From Vicinamibacteria bacterium (GTDB lineage: Bacteria > Acidobacteriota > Vicinamibacteria > Marinacidobacterales > Marinacidobacteraceae), in assembly GCA_965199715.1 (NCBI GenBank), contig OZ241322.1, positions 800,001-864,000 of the forward strand: DNA of 64,000 nt. Direction: 5' to 3'. The position numbers and the translations under genes were made by a program. Below, piece after piece: positions 1 to 12,191 of this stretch. Below the pieces are notes generated by a model. That model ran no database searches. It saw only the letters and a program-made list of their open reading frames with translations, and was not told the origin of the DNA. Every line of letters begins with the position of its first letter. The stretch's first letter is position 1.

Positions 1-2618
1 TGCTCCCAGCCGGTCTGGCCGTCGAGGATCAGGCCGACGTTGTACACGAGGCTGCCGCCCTCGCCGGTGAGCATCAGGTTCCGCTCGCGCGCGATCGCGG
101 CGATCCACTGCCGCTGGTCGCGCCTCGGCTGCATGTACGACTTGATCGCGGGCGCGCCCCACGACGTGAGCCGCTCCACGTTGTCACGGGCGTCCTCGAA
201 GCTGCGGACGTCGTTCTGGCGCGAGCCGTCGCCGTTGTACATCGGGTCGCCGGTGCTGAAGGTGCGCGGCCCCACCATCTCGCCGGCCTCGATCAGCTCG
301 GCCGCCGAAAACACGTTCTGGGACCACTGCGAGTTGTCGAGCGTGGTGGTCATCCCGTAGGCGAGATAGACCGCCGACTCCCAGTTCCGCCGCGGGATCA
401 CGCCGGTGTGGTCCCGGTGGTGGTGGGCGTGCATGTCGATGAGGCCGGGGATCACGGTGCGCCCCGCCAGATCGACGACGCGGTCGCCGTCCCCGGCCTC
501 GCAGGCGCCCACGCAGGCGATCCAGCCGTCCTCGATCCGGACCGCGCCGTTCTCGATCGTCCCCTCGGGTCCGAGGGTCACGATGCGGCCTCCGGTCAGG
601 AGCAGGCCGCCGTTCGCCCGATGCCGCGGCAGCCGCAGGTCCACCTCGTAGCGCGTGGTCTCGCCGGAGTCGGGGTCGTAGGCGCTGATGCGGGGCCCGC
701 TCCCGAAATGGAGGCGGCCGTCGGCGCTCCAGCGCGGGAACATTCCGCCGTCCCGCGACAGCGTCCGCACCGGAAGCGACGGGTTCCGGCGGTCCACGTG
801 GGGCGGCTCGGCGCCGGCTCCCGGCCACGGCAGCGCGACGAGATAGACGTTGTCCCCCTCGGAGAAGGCCGCCCAGGCGCCGTCGGGCGAGGGCGCGACC
901 TCGTCGGCGAACGGGAACGTCAGATGGATGCGGCGGTCGGAGCCGTCCGCCCGCACCGACACGAGGCGCGTCACGTCCTGCCGCCGGCCGTCGCGCATCC
1001 AGGAGTCCTGCTCGGGGAAGAACAGGCGCCCCTCGGGTCCGAAGGAAGGCGCGACGATCTGTCGGCGGGGCATCAGCGGGCGCCCCGCGTTGAAGGGCCG
1101 CAGCGTCCGGGTCAGGAACGTCGCCTCGCCGCCGTCCGCCGGAATCCGCACGAGGTCGTAGTGGAGGTTCGCAGACCACGAGCGGCCCCGGGCCGGCGCG
1201 CCCTCGCCCCGAGCCGCGACGATCCCCGTCCCGTCGGGGGTCCACGCCGGGTGGAGGTACGGAGCCGCCTCGACGGAGAGCCGGGTCGGCGCGCCGCCTT
1301 CGGCCGGAACCCGCATCAGGGCCCCGACCGCGTCGTCCCACGACGCATAGGCGATCCACGCGCCGTCGGGGGAGAACGCCGGCGAGAGTTCGAAGGCGTC
1401 GTCGCCCGAGACCAGCCGCTCGGGAACGCCGTCCGGCAGGGTCATCCGGTACAGGCGGCCGGCGGCGTGGAACACGGCGGTCGTCCCGTCGGGGGAGATC
1501 GTCGGCCAGCGGATCATGCGCGCCCGGAACTCGGGCTCGCGGACGCTCAGTTCGGCCCGCGCCTGCTCCGAGACCGTGCGCCGCACCTCGGCGGTGAACG
1601 GGATCTCGGCGGTCTCGCCGGTCTCGACGTCCACCCGGACGATCCCGCCGCCCCGGGTGAGGAAGACCGCGCGGCTGTCGGGCGCCCACGAATAGCCGGG
1701 GAGCACGCGCTCCACCTTCATCCCCTCGGCGACGTCGGTCTCGATCGGGTCGGCGAGAAGCCGCTCGGCCCCGGTCGCGAGATCGCGTAGGAAGAGCGCG
1801 GTGCGCGGGCCGAAGCGATGCCCCTTGAACGAGATCGTCCCGCCCGGGATGCGCCGGGCGAAGGCGAGGAAGCGCCCGTCCGGAGACGGCTCGGGCGCGA
1901 TCGCGCCCCCGCTGGACCCCTGGTACTGCTGCTGGGCCTCTCCGGCGGTGACGTCCTCAGTCATGCCGGTGCGGAGATCGAACCGCTGGATCTGCATGCC
2001 GCCCCGGATCGGATCCCGCTCCGACGTGGGCGAGTAGTGGAAATAGAGCCCGGTCCCGTCTGGGTCGGGCGCCGGCCACGAGGCGCGGGCGCGGTCCTCG
2101 CCGAGAAGGGGAACCCCGCTGCCGCCTTCGGGATGGAAGAGGGTCAGGCCCGAGCGCCGGGGCGCGGAGAGCGTGAAGTGGCGGACGACGATCCCCTTTC
2201 CGTCGGGAAGCCACGCCGGAGTCGCCACCCGCGAGTTCCCGTCCTCGTGGACGGGCCTTGGGTCGCCGCCGTCGGCGTCCATCAGCCACAGGTTCGCCTG
2301 GCCGCCCCGGTCCGAGACGAAGGCGATCGTGGTTCCGTCGGGCGACCAGCGCGGGTGGTAGTTCACCGCCACGCCGCTGTCCTGCGTGAGGCACTCGGCG
2401 CGGCCGCCGGTCGCGGGAACCCGGTAGACGTGGCCGAGCAGGTCGAACACGAGGTTCCGCCCGTCGGGAGAGACGTCGAGGGACATCCACGTCCCCTCGG
2501 AGGTCTCGAAGGCGACCTCGTACGCGTCCCCGCGAGCGAGGGTCGGATCCCAGCCGGAGTCGTCGGTCAGCCCGCCCTGCGCCAGCAGGCCGAGCGCGAT
2601 GGTCAGTGCGAAGCTCAT
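1..2618 (-). CDS. PD40/TolB beta-propeller + amidohydrolase domain protein (3' end runs off the window)
   Basis: Own translation (absent from the ORF track because it is truncated): MSFALTIALGLLA signal peptide, 'EGTWMSLDVSPDG' and repeated 'P.WSPDG'-type motifs, metal-binding 'PGLIDMHAH'; same frame at position 1. Confidence 0.85.
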   Translation of the reverse strand, partial: MSFALTIALGLLAQGGLTDDSGWDPTLARGDAYEVAFETSEGTWMSLDVSPDGRNLVFDLLGHVYRVPATGGRAECLTQDSGVAVNYHPRWSPDGTTIAFVSDRGGQANLWLMDADGGDPRPVHEDGNSRVATPAWLPDGKGIVVRHFTLSAPRRSGLTLFHPEGGSGVPLLGEDRARASWPAPDPDGTGLYFHYSPTSERDPIRGGMQIQRFDLRTGMTEDVTAGEAQQQYQGSSGGAIAPEPSPDGRFLAFARRIPGGTISFKGHRFGPRTALFLRDLATGAERLLADPIETDVAEGMKVERVLPGYSWAPDSRAVFLTRGGGIVRVDVETGETAEIPFTAEVRRTVSEQARAELSVREPEFRARMIRWPTISPDGTTAVFHAAGRLYRMTLPDGVPERLVSGDDAFELSPAFSPDGAWIAYASWDDAVGALMRVPAEGGAPTRLSVEAAPYLHPAWTPDGTGIVAARGEGAPARGRSWSANLHYDLVRIPADGGEATFLTRTLRPFNAGRPLMPRRQIVAPSFGPEGRLFFPEQDSWMRDGRRQDVTRLVSVRADGSDRRIHLTFPFADEVAPSPDGAWAAFSEGDNVYLVALPWPGAGAEPPHVDRRNPSLPVRTLSRDGGMFPRWSADGRLHFGSGPRISAYDPDSGETTRYEVDLRLPRHRANGGLLLTGGRIVTLGPEGTIENGAVRIEDGWIACVGACEAGDGDRVVDLAGRTVIPGLIDMHAHHHRDHTGVIPRRNWESAVYLAYGMTTTLDNSQWSQNVFSAAELIEAGEMVGPRTFSTGDPMYNGDGSRQNDVRSFEDARDNVERLTSWGAPAIKSYMQPRRDQRQWIAAIARERNLMLTGEGGSLVYNVGLILDGQTGWE

Positions 2619-2650
2619 GGGCGTCACCGCGCCGCATAATACCCGCGCCC

Positions 2651-3592
2651 ATGCCCGCTCCCTTCATGGTGGAGCCGCCCGGATGGGCGGAAGCGGAGGC
2701 CGCGGCGCGCCGGCTCCGCGCGGTCTTTCCGCCGAGTCCCCTGGTCCCGGCGGACGGCCTGCTGCTGAAGTTGGAGACCCTGCTGCCGACCGGCTCGTTC
2801 AAGGTCCGGGGGATCCTCGACGCGGCGTCGCGGCTTTCCGACGAGGCGGTCGCGGCGGGGCTGCTGACCGTCTCCGCCGGCAACACGGCGCTCGCGCTTG
2901 CCTGGGCGGGACGCAGGCGGGGCGTTCCGGTCCGGTCGCTGCTCCCGGAGACGGCGCCGCGCGCGAAGGTGGAAGGGTTTCGGGCGGCGGGCGGCGAGCC
3001 GCGCCTCGTACCCGTTCCCGAGCTGTTCCGTTTCCTGAAGGAGCGCCTTTGGGAAGCGGAGCCCGAGGCGTTCGTCCACCCGTGGATCGAGCCCGCGGTC
3101 CACCGGGGGCACGCGAGCCTCGCCGTGGAGCTGCTGGAGGCCGCGCCGGACCTCGAGTCGGTGTTCATTCCGGTGGGCGGCGGCGGCCTCCTGACCGGGG
3201 TCGGCGGGGCGCTGAAGGACCGCCGCCCCGACATCCGGATCTACGCGGTCGAGCCCGCCGGATGCTGCGCGCTCCATGCGAGCCTCGAGGCCGGGCTGGC
3301 GGTGGCCGCGCCCTGCCGGACGATCTGCGACGGGGCCGCCGTTCCTTACCTCGCGGCCGAGCTCTTCCCCGCGCTTCGGCGGCTCGTGGATCGCACCGTG
3401 CTCGTTCCCGACAAGGACACGCTCCGGGCCTCGCGGCGGCTCCTGCTCGAAACGAAGATCGTGACCGAGCCGTCGGGCGCGCTCGCGGTCGCGGGAGCCC
3501 GGTCGGTTCCGGCGGCGGAGCGCGGGCGGAGCGCCGCGATCGTGACGGGAGCGAGCGTCGGCCCCGACGGAATCCGCAGGCTCCTCCCCTAG
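2651..3592 (+). CDS. PLP-dependent serine/threonine dehydratase family protein
   Basis: 'LKLETLLPTGSFKVRG' PLP-lysine motif, 'SAGN', 'PVGGGGL', 'EPSGA'; start uncertain (2651 or 2666). Confidence 0.85.
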   Translation: MPAPFMVEPPGWAEAEAAARRLRAVFPPSPLVPADGLLLKLETLLPTGSFKVRGILDAASRLSDEAVAAGLLTVSAGNTALALAWAGRRRGVPVRSLLPETAPRAKVEGFRAAGGEPRLVPVPELFRFLKERLWEAEPEAFVHPWIEPAVHRGHASLAVELLEAAPDLESVFIPVGGGGLLTGVGGALKDRRPDIRIYAVEPAGCCALHASLEAGLAVAAPCRTICDGAAVPYLAAELFPALRRLVDRTVLVPDKDTLRASRRLLLETKIVTEPSGALAVAGARSVPAAERGRSAAIVTGASVGPDGIRRLLP

Positions 3593-3604
3593 ACTCCCCA
3601 CTCC

Positions 3605-4405
3605 ATGAGCCTGCTCGGCGCCCTCATCGGCGGCACGCTGGGGTTCACGCTGGGCGGCCCGCTCGGAGCGCTTCTGGGCGCGTCGCTCGGGTCTTCGCTC
3701 GGGAATGCGGCGCAGGCGCAGGCCCGGGCCCAGCCGCGGCGGGGCCGCGGGGCGCCGCCGCGGCAGGATCCGAACGAGGTCCGCCGGGTCACCTTCTTCG
3801 TGGCCACGTTCGGCGTGATGGGCCACATCGCGAAGGCCGACGGGCGCGTGAGCGAGGAAGAGGCGGAGCTCGCCCGCGCCGTGATGCGCGGCCTCGGTCT
3901 CGACGCCGAGGACCGCCGGCTCGCCAACGACCTCTTCAACCAGGGGAAGTCGCCGAACTTCGACCTGAACGCCGCGCTGCGGCAGTTCAAGCGGACCATC
4001 GGACAGCGGCGGAACCTCGCCCGCGCGTTCATGGAGATCCAGTTGAAGGCGGCGTGGGCGGACGGCCGGGTGCATCCGGCGGAGCGGCGCATCCTCGACC
4101 ACGTCGCCGACTACCTGGGCTTCTCGCGGTCCGAGGTGGCGCAGATGGAGCGGCTCGCCGCGGCGGCGTTCCAGCCCGCCGGCCCGTCGCCCGAGGAGAA
4201 GCTCGCGGGCGCCTACGACGCGCTCGGGGTCGGCAGGGACGCGAGCGACTCCGAGCTGCGCGACGCCTACCGGCGGTTGATGCGCCAGCACCACCCCGAC
4301 CGGCTCGCGGCGCAGGGGCTCCCCGAGGCGATGAAGGAGGAGGCGACGCGGCGAACGCAGGAAATCCAGGAGGCGTGGAGAATCGTCCGCGACGCGAGGA
4401 AGTGA
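3605..4405 (+). CDS. djlA: Co-chaperone DjlA (TM anchor, TerB-like domain, J-domain)
   Basis: Gly-rich TM N-terminus, 'AKADGRVS' and 'ADGRVHPAE' TerB motifs, 'HHPDRLAAQGLPEAM' J-domain. Confidence 0.9.
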   Translation: MSLLGALIGGTLGFTLGGPLGALLGASLGSSLGNAAQAQARAQPRRGRGAPPRQDPNEVRRVTFFVATFGVMGHIAKADGRVSEEEAELARAVMRGLGLDAEDRRLANDLFNQGKSPNFDLNAALRQFKRTIGQRRNLARAFMEIQLKAAWADGRVHPAERRILDHVADYLGFSRSEVAQMERLAAAAFQPAGPSPEEKLAGAYDALGVGRDASDSELRDAYRRLMRQHHPDRLAAQGLPEAMKEEATRRTQEIQEAWRIVRDARK

Positions 4406-4720
4406 TCGCCAAGGTGCTCGCCGGCCCGCTCGGCGGAGCGTTGATCGGCTTGGTGCGTCAAGCGGCGGGCGCAGTCAAGGAGGGGAAGGCGGCCCCGTCT
4501 CCCGACCGGCAGGTCGGGGCGGCTAGCGCCGCGCTCGGACCGAAACCCGGCGCGGGGCTGCCGAGAGTGCGCATCGCGCACTCCCGCCTCCGTCGCCGAC
4601 ACGACCCCGACCGACTCGCCGCGCAGGGACTCCCGGAAGAGATGCGGCCCGAAGCGAAACGGAAGGCCCAGGACGTCAAGACGGCCCACTGGACGATCCG
4701 GGGCAGGCCGAGCTGGCTAG
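4402..4720 (+). pseudogene. Degenerate second djlA copy (TM start fused to J-domain, HPD changed to DPD, no in-frame stop)
   Basis: GTGA overlap with the djlA stop; 'VIAKVLAGPLGGALIG...RRHDPDRLAAQGLPEEMRPEAKRKAQDVK' aligns with both ends of DjlA. Confidence 0.7.
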
Positions 4721-5634
4721 CTCCGCCCGTGCAGGATGTGCGGGAGGTCGCGCTCCTTCCGCCGCACGCCCGCCTCGCGCCACTGCAGGATCGCGACCGG
4801 AACCACGATCATCGCGAGCGCGACGAGCGCCCTCGAGCTGACCTCCTCGCCCGCGACCAGCCAGCCCAGGAACACCGCGACCAGCGGGTTCACGAAGGCG
4901 TAGGTCCCGACGAGCGCCGGCTCGACCCGGCTCAGCAGCCAACTGTAGGAGAGGAACGCGATCACCGATCCGAAGACGATCAGGTAGAGGAACAGCAGCA
5001 GGTGGAACCGGCCGAGCGAGCTCCAGTCCACCTTCGCCCAGTCGCCCGACGCGGTCGCGAGCCCGAGCAGGACCGAGCCGCCGACCATCTTCTGGGCGCC
5101 GACGGACAGCGGCAGGCAGCGCGGCATCGTCCTGCGGCGCGCCCAGAGGCTGCCCGTCGCCCACGCGATCGGGGCGAACAGCAGCGCGACCACGCCCGCC
5201 GGGTGCAGCGCCGCCTCGGTCCGCCAGGGCGCGACCAGCACGACCACGCCGAGGAACCCGCAGGCGATGCACAGGACGGCCGCCAGCGAAGGCGCCCGCC
5301 GGCTCACGAAGACCGCGTCCAGCCCGACCAGCCAGAACGCGACGGTCGCCACGAGCACGGCCGCCGCGCCCGAGGGAACCCGCACCTGCGCCCAGTGGCC
5401 GAGCCCGTGGGTGCAGGCGAAGAAGAAGACGCCGGCGACCGCCGTCTCCATCCACTCGCGCCGGGTCAGCGGCGCTTCGCCCCGCCGCGCCCAGAGGTAC
5501 AGCAGGAGGCCGGCCGTGAAGAAGCGGCAGCCGGCGAGGAGGAACGGCGGAAGCTCCGCGACCCCCATGCCGATCGCGAGGTAGGCAGCCCCCCAGATCA
5601 GGTAGATCGCGGCGAACGCGAGGGCCTTGCGCAT
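4717..5634 (-). CDS. EamA/DMT family transporter
   Basis: About 10 TM segments, 'IYLIWG', 'YAFVNPLVAVFLG'. Confidence 0.9.
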   Translation of the reverse strand: MRKALAFAAIYLIWGAAYLAIGMGVAELPPFLLAGCRFFTAGLLLYLWARRGEAPLTRREWMETAVAGVFFFACTHGLGHWAQVRVPSGAAAVLVATVAFWLVGLDAVFVSRRAPSLAAVLCIACGFLGVVVLVAPWRTEAALHPAGVVALLFAPIAWATGSLWARRRTMPRCLPLSVGAQKMVGGSVLLGLATASGDWAKVDWSSLGRFHLLLFLYLIVFGSVIAFLSYSWLLSRVEPALVGTYAFVNPLVAVFLGWLVAGEEVSSRALVALAMIVVPVAILQWREAGVRRKERDLPHILHGRS

Positions 5635-5653
5635 TCGGCCGCGCCCCGGCGAT

Positions 5654-7696
<2,043 letters not shown>

Positions 7697-7880
7697 GATG
7701 GGAGCCTCCCGGAAGAATGGCGGACGGTCACCGGCGCGGGCCGGCCCACCCCTCCGGCCCCGCGTTCGCCGCGCGGAGCGGCGGAACGAAGCGTGGATCG
7801 TACCAAGCCGTTGGTTGCGACAGATGCTGTCGCGCCCGCTCCGGACGGGGCACCAGGATTTGGGAGCGAGCGCCGAGACC

Positions 7881-7970
7881 CACGAAATCGTCTTCGAGGT
7901 GACCGAGGCCGCCGAGGGCGGCTACGACGCCCGCGCGATCGGGCACGACGTCTTCACGCAGGGCGACGAC
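7881..7970 (+). pseudogene. N-terminal fragment of a HicB-like small protein
   Basis: '[29 protein letters not shown]' resembles the HicB-like N-terminus; no start codon and no continuation. Confidence 0.55.
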
Positions 7971-8521
7971 GCGCGGATCCACCCCATGAACAGGTGTCGG
8001 CTGATGTCCTGGGCCACGTCCCGCGAGGCTTGGCGGATGCGCACCCGATTCACGTCGCGCAGGCGCGCCGGCGCTGGATCTCCCCGGCCTCCGACGACGA
8101 TGGGGATCCCGTCCAGAGTCCCCTCTCCGGAGAAGGGACCGAACTGCGGCTCGCCGGGCGGCGCGTCGGGGTGGAAGCGCAGCAGGCCTTCGTCGCCCTC
8201 TGACGCCAGGTCGGCGCTGGCGGAGTCTTCCGCCGGGAATCGCTCCATGGCTGCGCGGGCCTCGAGCGCGTTCGCCGGCCCGGCGCCGGCCATCACCGCC
8301 GCGAGGCGCTCGTTCACTGCGGTCGCCGCGTCGGGCTTGACGGTCATCTCGGCCTCGATGCTCCCCGGCTTGACGCCCCGGAGGTGCACGCCGTTCGTCT
8401 CGCCGAGCAGCGTCGCGAGGTGCTTCAGGCACTGCGCCAGGCGCGCCATCGGCTTGGTCTCCGGCGTGTGTTCACGGATGCGGAACCGGAGCGCAACCGG
8501 GTCGGCCGATGCGTCCGCCAT
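7922..8521 (-). pseudogene. Hypothetical accessory protein, apparently C-terminally truncated
   Basis: SD GAGGAGG then ATG 8521; 'FRIREHTPETKPMARLAQCLKHLATLLGE' resembles a mobile-island hypothetical family (from memory); the end runs into the HicB-like fragment. Confidence 0.45.
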
Positions 8522-8605
8522 TTCGTCCTCCTCTTCCCGCGGCTTCGCGGGGCCGCGATTCCAGGCCCCCGACTGATAGAGTGCCCTGCCGCCCGGAACG
8601 CCCGT

Positions 8606-9412
8606 TTGCTCTCCGCCATCGCCCTTGGGACAGTCGCGCCGGCCGTCTTCCTCACGCTCGCGGCGACCGAGGAGCTTCAGTACCCGGTGGACGTGGCGGT
8701 AGCCGCCGACGGGGCGATCCTCGTGGCCGACCTCGAGGCGGCGGCGGTGCTGCGGTGGAACGGCTCCGACTTCGAGGTCGTGGCGCGCGGCGAGGGCCTC
8801 CCCCGCACCCCCCTCTTCGGCATCCGCCACATCGCTCCGGACGCGGACGGCACGCTCGTGGCGAGCGATCCCGCGACCATGGCGCTGTACCGCCTCGGAG
8901 CCGCCGGCGAGATCGAGCGAATTCCGGACGACGAGCATTTCGTGACTCCGTGGGGCGTCGCGCTGCCGCCGGGCGGCGGGGTGCTCGCGGTGGACCGGGT
9001 GACCCGGCGCCTGCGGCTCCTCTCGGAGAGCGGGATCGAGGACCTCGCCGAGATCGAGGCCGGACGCGCCATCCTGCCGGGGGCGGACGGCGAGCTTTTC
9101 GTTCTGACGGACCGGAACATCGTGCGCGTGCGGGACGGCGCCCTCGAGCCGCTGATCCAGTCGTCCCCGTTCGAGTTCCCGCACGACCTCGCGCGGGGCG
9201 GCGACGGCACCTTCTTCGTGACCGACGGCTACGCCCGCTGCGTGTGGGCCGTCAGCCCCGAAGGGCGGGTCTCCAAGCTGGCCTCGGGAACCCCCTTCAT
9301 GAGTCCGCAGGGGCTCGCCATGACCGGCGACGGCGCGTTGCTGGTCGCGGACGCCCACGCCCGAGCCATCTTCCGGGTCTCCCCGGACGGCTCGATCTCA
9401 CCGCTCGACTAG
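8606..9412 (+). CDS. NHL-repeat/SMP-30-like beta-propeller protein
   Basis: Repeated 'P.DVAV..DG.ILVAD', 'PWGVAL', 'PQGLAM..DG.LLVAD'; start uncertain (TTG 8606). Confidence 0.75.
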   Translation: MLSAIALGTVAPAVFLTLAATEELQYPVDVAVAADGAILVADLEAAAVLRWNGSDFEVVARGEGLPRTPLFGIRHIAPDADGTLVASDPATMALYRLGAAGEIERIPDDEHFVTPWGVALPPGGGVLAVDRVTRRLRLLSESGIEDLAEIEAGRAILPGADGELFVLTDRNIVRVRDGALEPLIQSSPFEFPHDLARGGDGTFFVTDGYARCVWAVSPEGRVSKLASGTPFMSPQGLAMTGDGALLVADAHARAIFRVSPDGSISPLD

Positions 9413-9427
9413 CAAGGGATCGGAACC

Positions 9428-10789
9428 ATGGCCACCGAACGAGGCAACTGGGGCTCCCGACTCGGGTTCATCCTCGCCGCCACCGGCTCCGCCGTGGGGC
9501 TCGGCAACGTCTGGGGGTTCCCGACGCAGGCCGGACAGGGCGGCGGCGCCGCCTTCGTGCTCGTGTACCTGATCTGCGTGGTGCTCATCTGCTCGCCGAT
9601 CGTGTTCGCCGAGGTGCTGCTCGGACGCTACGCGCAGCTCGGCCCGGCGGGCGCGGTGCGGCGCATCACTCCGCAGCGCTTCTGGTGGGTGCTCGGCGCG
9701 CTCGCGGTCTCGGCCGGCGTGTTCATCCTCTCGTTCTACTCGGTGATCGCCGGTTGGACGCTGCGCTACCTGTGGCTTGCGGTCACCGGCGGGCTCGCCG
9801 CCGACGCCGAGGGCTCGGCCGCGCTGTTCGGCCAGGTCTCCGGCGACGGCCTGATGAGCGTCGTCTTCACCGCGTTGTTCCTGCTCGCGACCGCGTGGTG
9901 CGTGAACCAGGGAATCCGCAAGGGCATCGAGAAGGCGGCGCGGATCATGATGCCGCTGCTGCTGGGCCTGCTCGTGATCCTCGCGATCCGGGCGGTCACG
10001 CTGCCGGGCGCGGCGGAGGGCCTGCGCTACTACCTCCAGCCCGACCTCTCGAAGGCCATGGACCCGACGGTCATGGGCGCGGCGCTCGGGCAGGCGTTCT
10101 TCTCGCTGAGCCTCGGCATGGGCGCCCTCATCACCTACGGCAGCTACCTGCACCGGCAAAGCGCGATCAAGTCCGCGGCGATCGCGATCGTGGGCATCGA
10201 CACCGGAATCGCGCTGCTCGCCGGATTCATCATCTTCCCGGCCGGCTTCTCGATCGCGGGATTCGACCCGTCGGCGGGCGGCCCCGGACTCATCTTCGCG
10301 GTGCTGCCGCAGCTCTTCGCCACGCTGCCGGGCGGCCTCGTCTTCGGCGCGGCGTTCTTCGTTCTTCTCGCGGTCGCGGCCTTCACCTCGACCATCTCGC
10401 TGCTGGAGGTTCCGACCGCGCACGCGATCGACCGCTGGAACTGGACCCGCAAGCAGGCGGTCGCGCGGATCACCGCGTTCACCCTCGCCGCCGCGATCCC
10501 GTCGGCGCTCGCGTTCGGAACGGTCGGATCGCTGACCGAACTCCCGGTGATCGGCGGGAGCTTCTTCGACCTGATGGTGAACGTCTGGAACGAAAACGCG
10601 CTGCCGATCGGCGGCGTGCTGATCTGCCTGTTCGTCGGCTGGAAATGGGGCATGAAGGCCGCCGCGCCCGAGTTCGATCGGGGCGGCGAGAGGTTCCCGA
10701 GCGCGGCGCTGTGGGGATTCCTGATCCGGTTCGTCTCTCCCGCCGCGATCCTGCTCATCGTGATCCAGCACGTCGTCGGCTGGTTCTGA
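9428..10789 (+). CDS. Sodium-dependent transporter, NSS/SNF family
   Basis: 'GSAVGLGNVW.FP', 'GQAFFSLSLGMG', 'GPGLIF'. Confidence 0.93.
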   Translation: MATERGNWGSRLGFILAATGSAVGLGNVWGFPTQAGQGGGAAFVLVYLICVVLICSPIVFAEVLLGRYAQLGPAGAVRRITPQRFWWVLGALAVSAGVFILSFYSVIAGWTLRYLWLAVTGGLAADAEGSAALFGQVSGDGLMSVVFTALFLLATAWCVNQGIRKGIEKAARIMMPLLLGLLVILAIRAVTLPGAAEGLRYYLQPDLSKAMDPTVMGAALGQAFFSLSLGMGALITYGSYLHRQSAIKSAAIAIVGIDTGIALLAGFIIFPAGFSIAGFDPSAGGPGLIFAVLPQLFATLPGGLVFGAAFFVLLAVAAFTSTISLLEVPTAHAIDRWNWTRKQAVARITAFTLAAAIPSALAFGTVGSLTELPVIGGSFFDLMVNVWNENALPIGGVLICLFVGWKWGMKAAAPEFDRGGERFPSAALWGFLIRFVSPAAILLIVIQHVVGWF

Positions 10790-10814
10790 GTTCCCGTCGT
10801 AACGGGAGGCATTC

Positions 10815-12179
10815 ATGTCCGAATTCTTCGCCTGGGCGTCCAACGCCATCTACCAGTGGTACGCGCTGCCGCTGCTTCTCGTCGTCTGCGGCCTCTACCT
10901 GACCGTCCGGACCGGCTTCATCCAGGTCCGCGGCTTCGCGGCCGGGATCCGGCAGGTCTTCCGCGGCATGTCGCACGACCAGAAGGGCGCCGAGGGCGAG
11001 ATCACGCCGTTCCAGGCGCTCTCCACCGCGCTCGCCTCGACCGTCGGCAACGGCAACATCGGCGGCGTGGCGACCGCGATCCTCGTCGGCGGCCCCGGCG
11101 CCATCTTCTGGATGTGGGTCACCGCGGTCTTCGGCATGGCCACCAAGTACGCCGAGGCGGTCGCCGGCGTCAGCACCCGCGTGCGCAAGGAAAGCGGGCA
11201 CTTCGCGAGCGGCCCGATGTACTACATCCTGGCCGGCGTCCCGTGGCCGGGAGTCGCGAAGGCGCTCGCGGTGATGTTCTGCGTCTTCGGCGCCGCGACC
11301 GCGCTTCTCGGAACCGGGAACATGGCGCAGTCGAACACGATCGTGGTCACGGCGGTGGCGGCGGCCGCCGACATGGGGGTCACCCTGACCCCGTGGGTCC
11401 CCGGCCTCGTCATCACCGCGCTGGTCGGCGCGGTGCTGCTCGGCGGCATCAGCCGGATCGCGTCGGTGGCCGAGAAGCTGGTTCCCGCGATGCTCGTGAT
11501 CTACCTCGGCATGGCGGTGACGTTCCTCGCGATCAACGTCTCGAGCCTCCCGGCGGTGTTCCAGACCATCATCGCCCACGCCCTGACGCCGCACGCGGCG
11601 GCCGGCGGCTTCCTTGGCGCGAGCGTGCGCCAGGCGATCGCCGCGGGCATCAGCCGGGGCGTGCTCTCGAACGAGGCTGGGCTCGGCAGCGCCCCCATCG
11701 CCCACGGCATCGCCCAGGTGAAGCACCCGGCGCAGCAGGGCCTCGTCGGCGTCTTCGAGGTGTTCGTGGACACCATCGTGGTCTGCAGCATGACGGCGTT
11801 CGCGATCATCTCCTCGGGGCTGTGGACGTCGGGCGACTTCGCGAGCGGCGACCTGACCGCCGCCGCCTACAGCACGACGTTCGGGTTCGCCCCGGTGGTG
11901 ATCGCGGTCTGCTCGCTGCTGTTCGGCTTCTCGACCATCATCGGCTGGTACTACTACGGCGAGACCTGCTGGGAGTACCTGTTCGGCGCGAAGGGCATCT
12001 TCTCGTACCGGGTGATCTACGTGGTGCTGCTGCTCGTCGGCGGCCTCGTGGCCGTCGAGACGGTGTGGAACGTGGGCACGCTCCTCAACGGGTTCATGGC
12101 GTTCCCCAACCTGATCGGCCTGCTCTTCCTCGGCGGCATGGTCGCGAAGAAGACGAAGGAGTACGACCTGCGGTCCTGA
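10815..12179 (+). CDS. Sodium:alanine/glycine symporter (AGCS family)
   Basis: 'VGNGNIGGVATAI..GGPGAIFWMW', 'SNEAGLGSAP', 'VDTIVVC'. Confidence 0.93.
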   Translation: MSEFFAWASNAIYQWYALPLLLVVCGLYLTVRTGFIQVRGFAAGIRQVFRGMSHDQKGAEGEITPFQALSTALASTVGNGNIGGVATAILVGGPGAIFWMWVTAVFGMATKYAEAVAGVSTRVRKESGHFASGPMYYILAGVPWPGVAKALAVMFCVFGAATALLGTGNMAQSNTIVVTAVAAAADMGVTLTPWVPGLVITALVGAVLLGGISRIASVAEKLVPAMLVIYLGMAVTFLAINVSSLPAVFQTIIAHALTPHAAAGGFLGASVRQAIAAGISRGVLSNEAGLGSAPIAHGIAQVKHPAQQGLVGVFEVFVDTIVVCSMTAFAIISSGLWTSGDFASGDLTAAAYSTTFGFAPVVIAVCSLLFGFSTIIGWYYYGETCWEYLFGAKGIFSYRVIYVVLLLVGGLVAVETVWNVGTLLNGFMAFPNLIGLLFLGGMVAKKTKEYDLRS

Positions 12180-12191
12180 CCCCCGCGCCGC

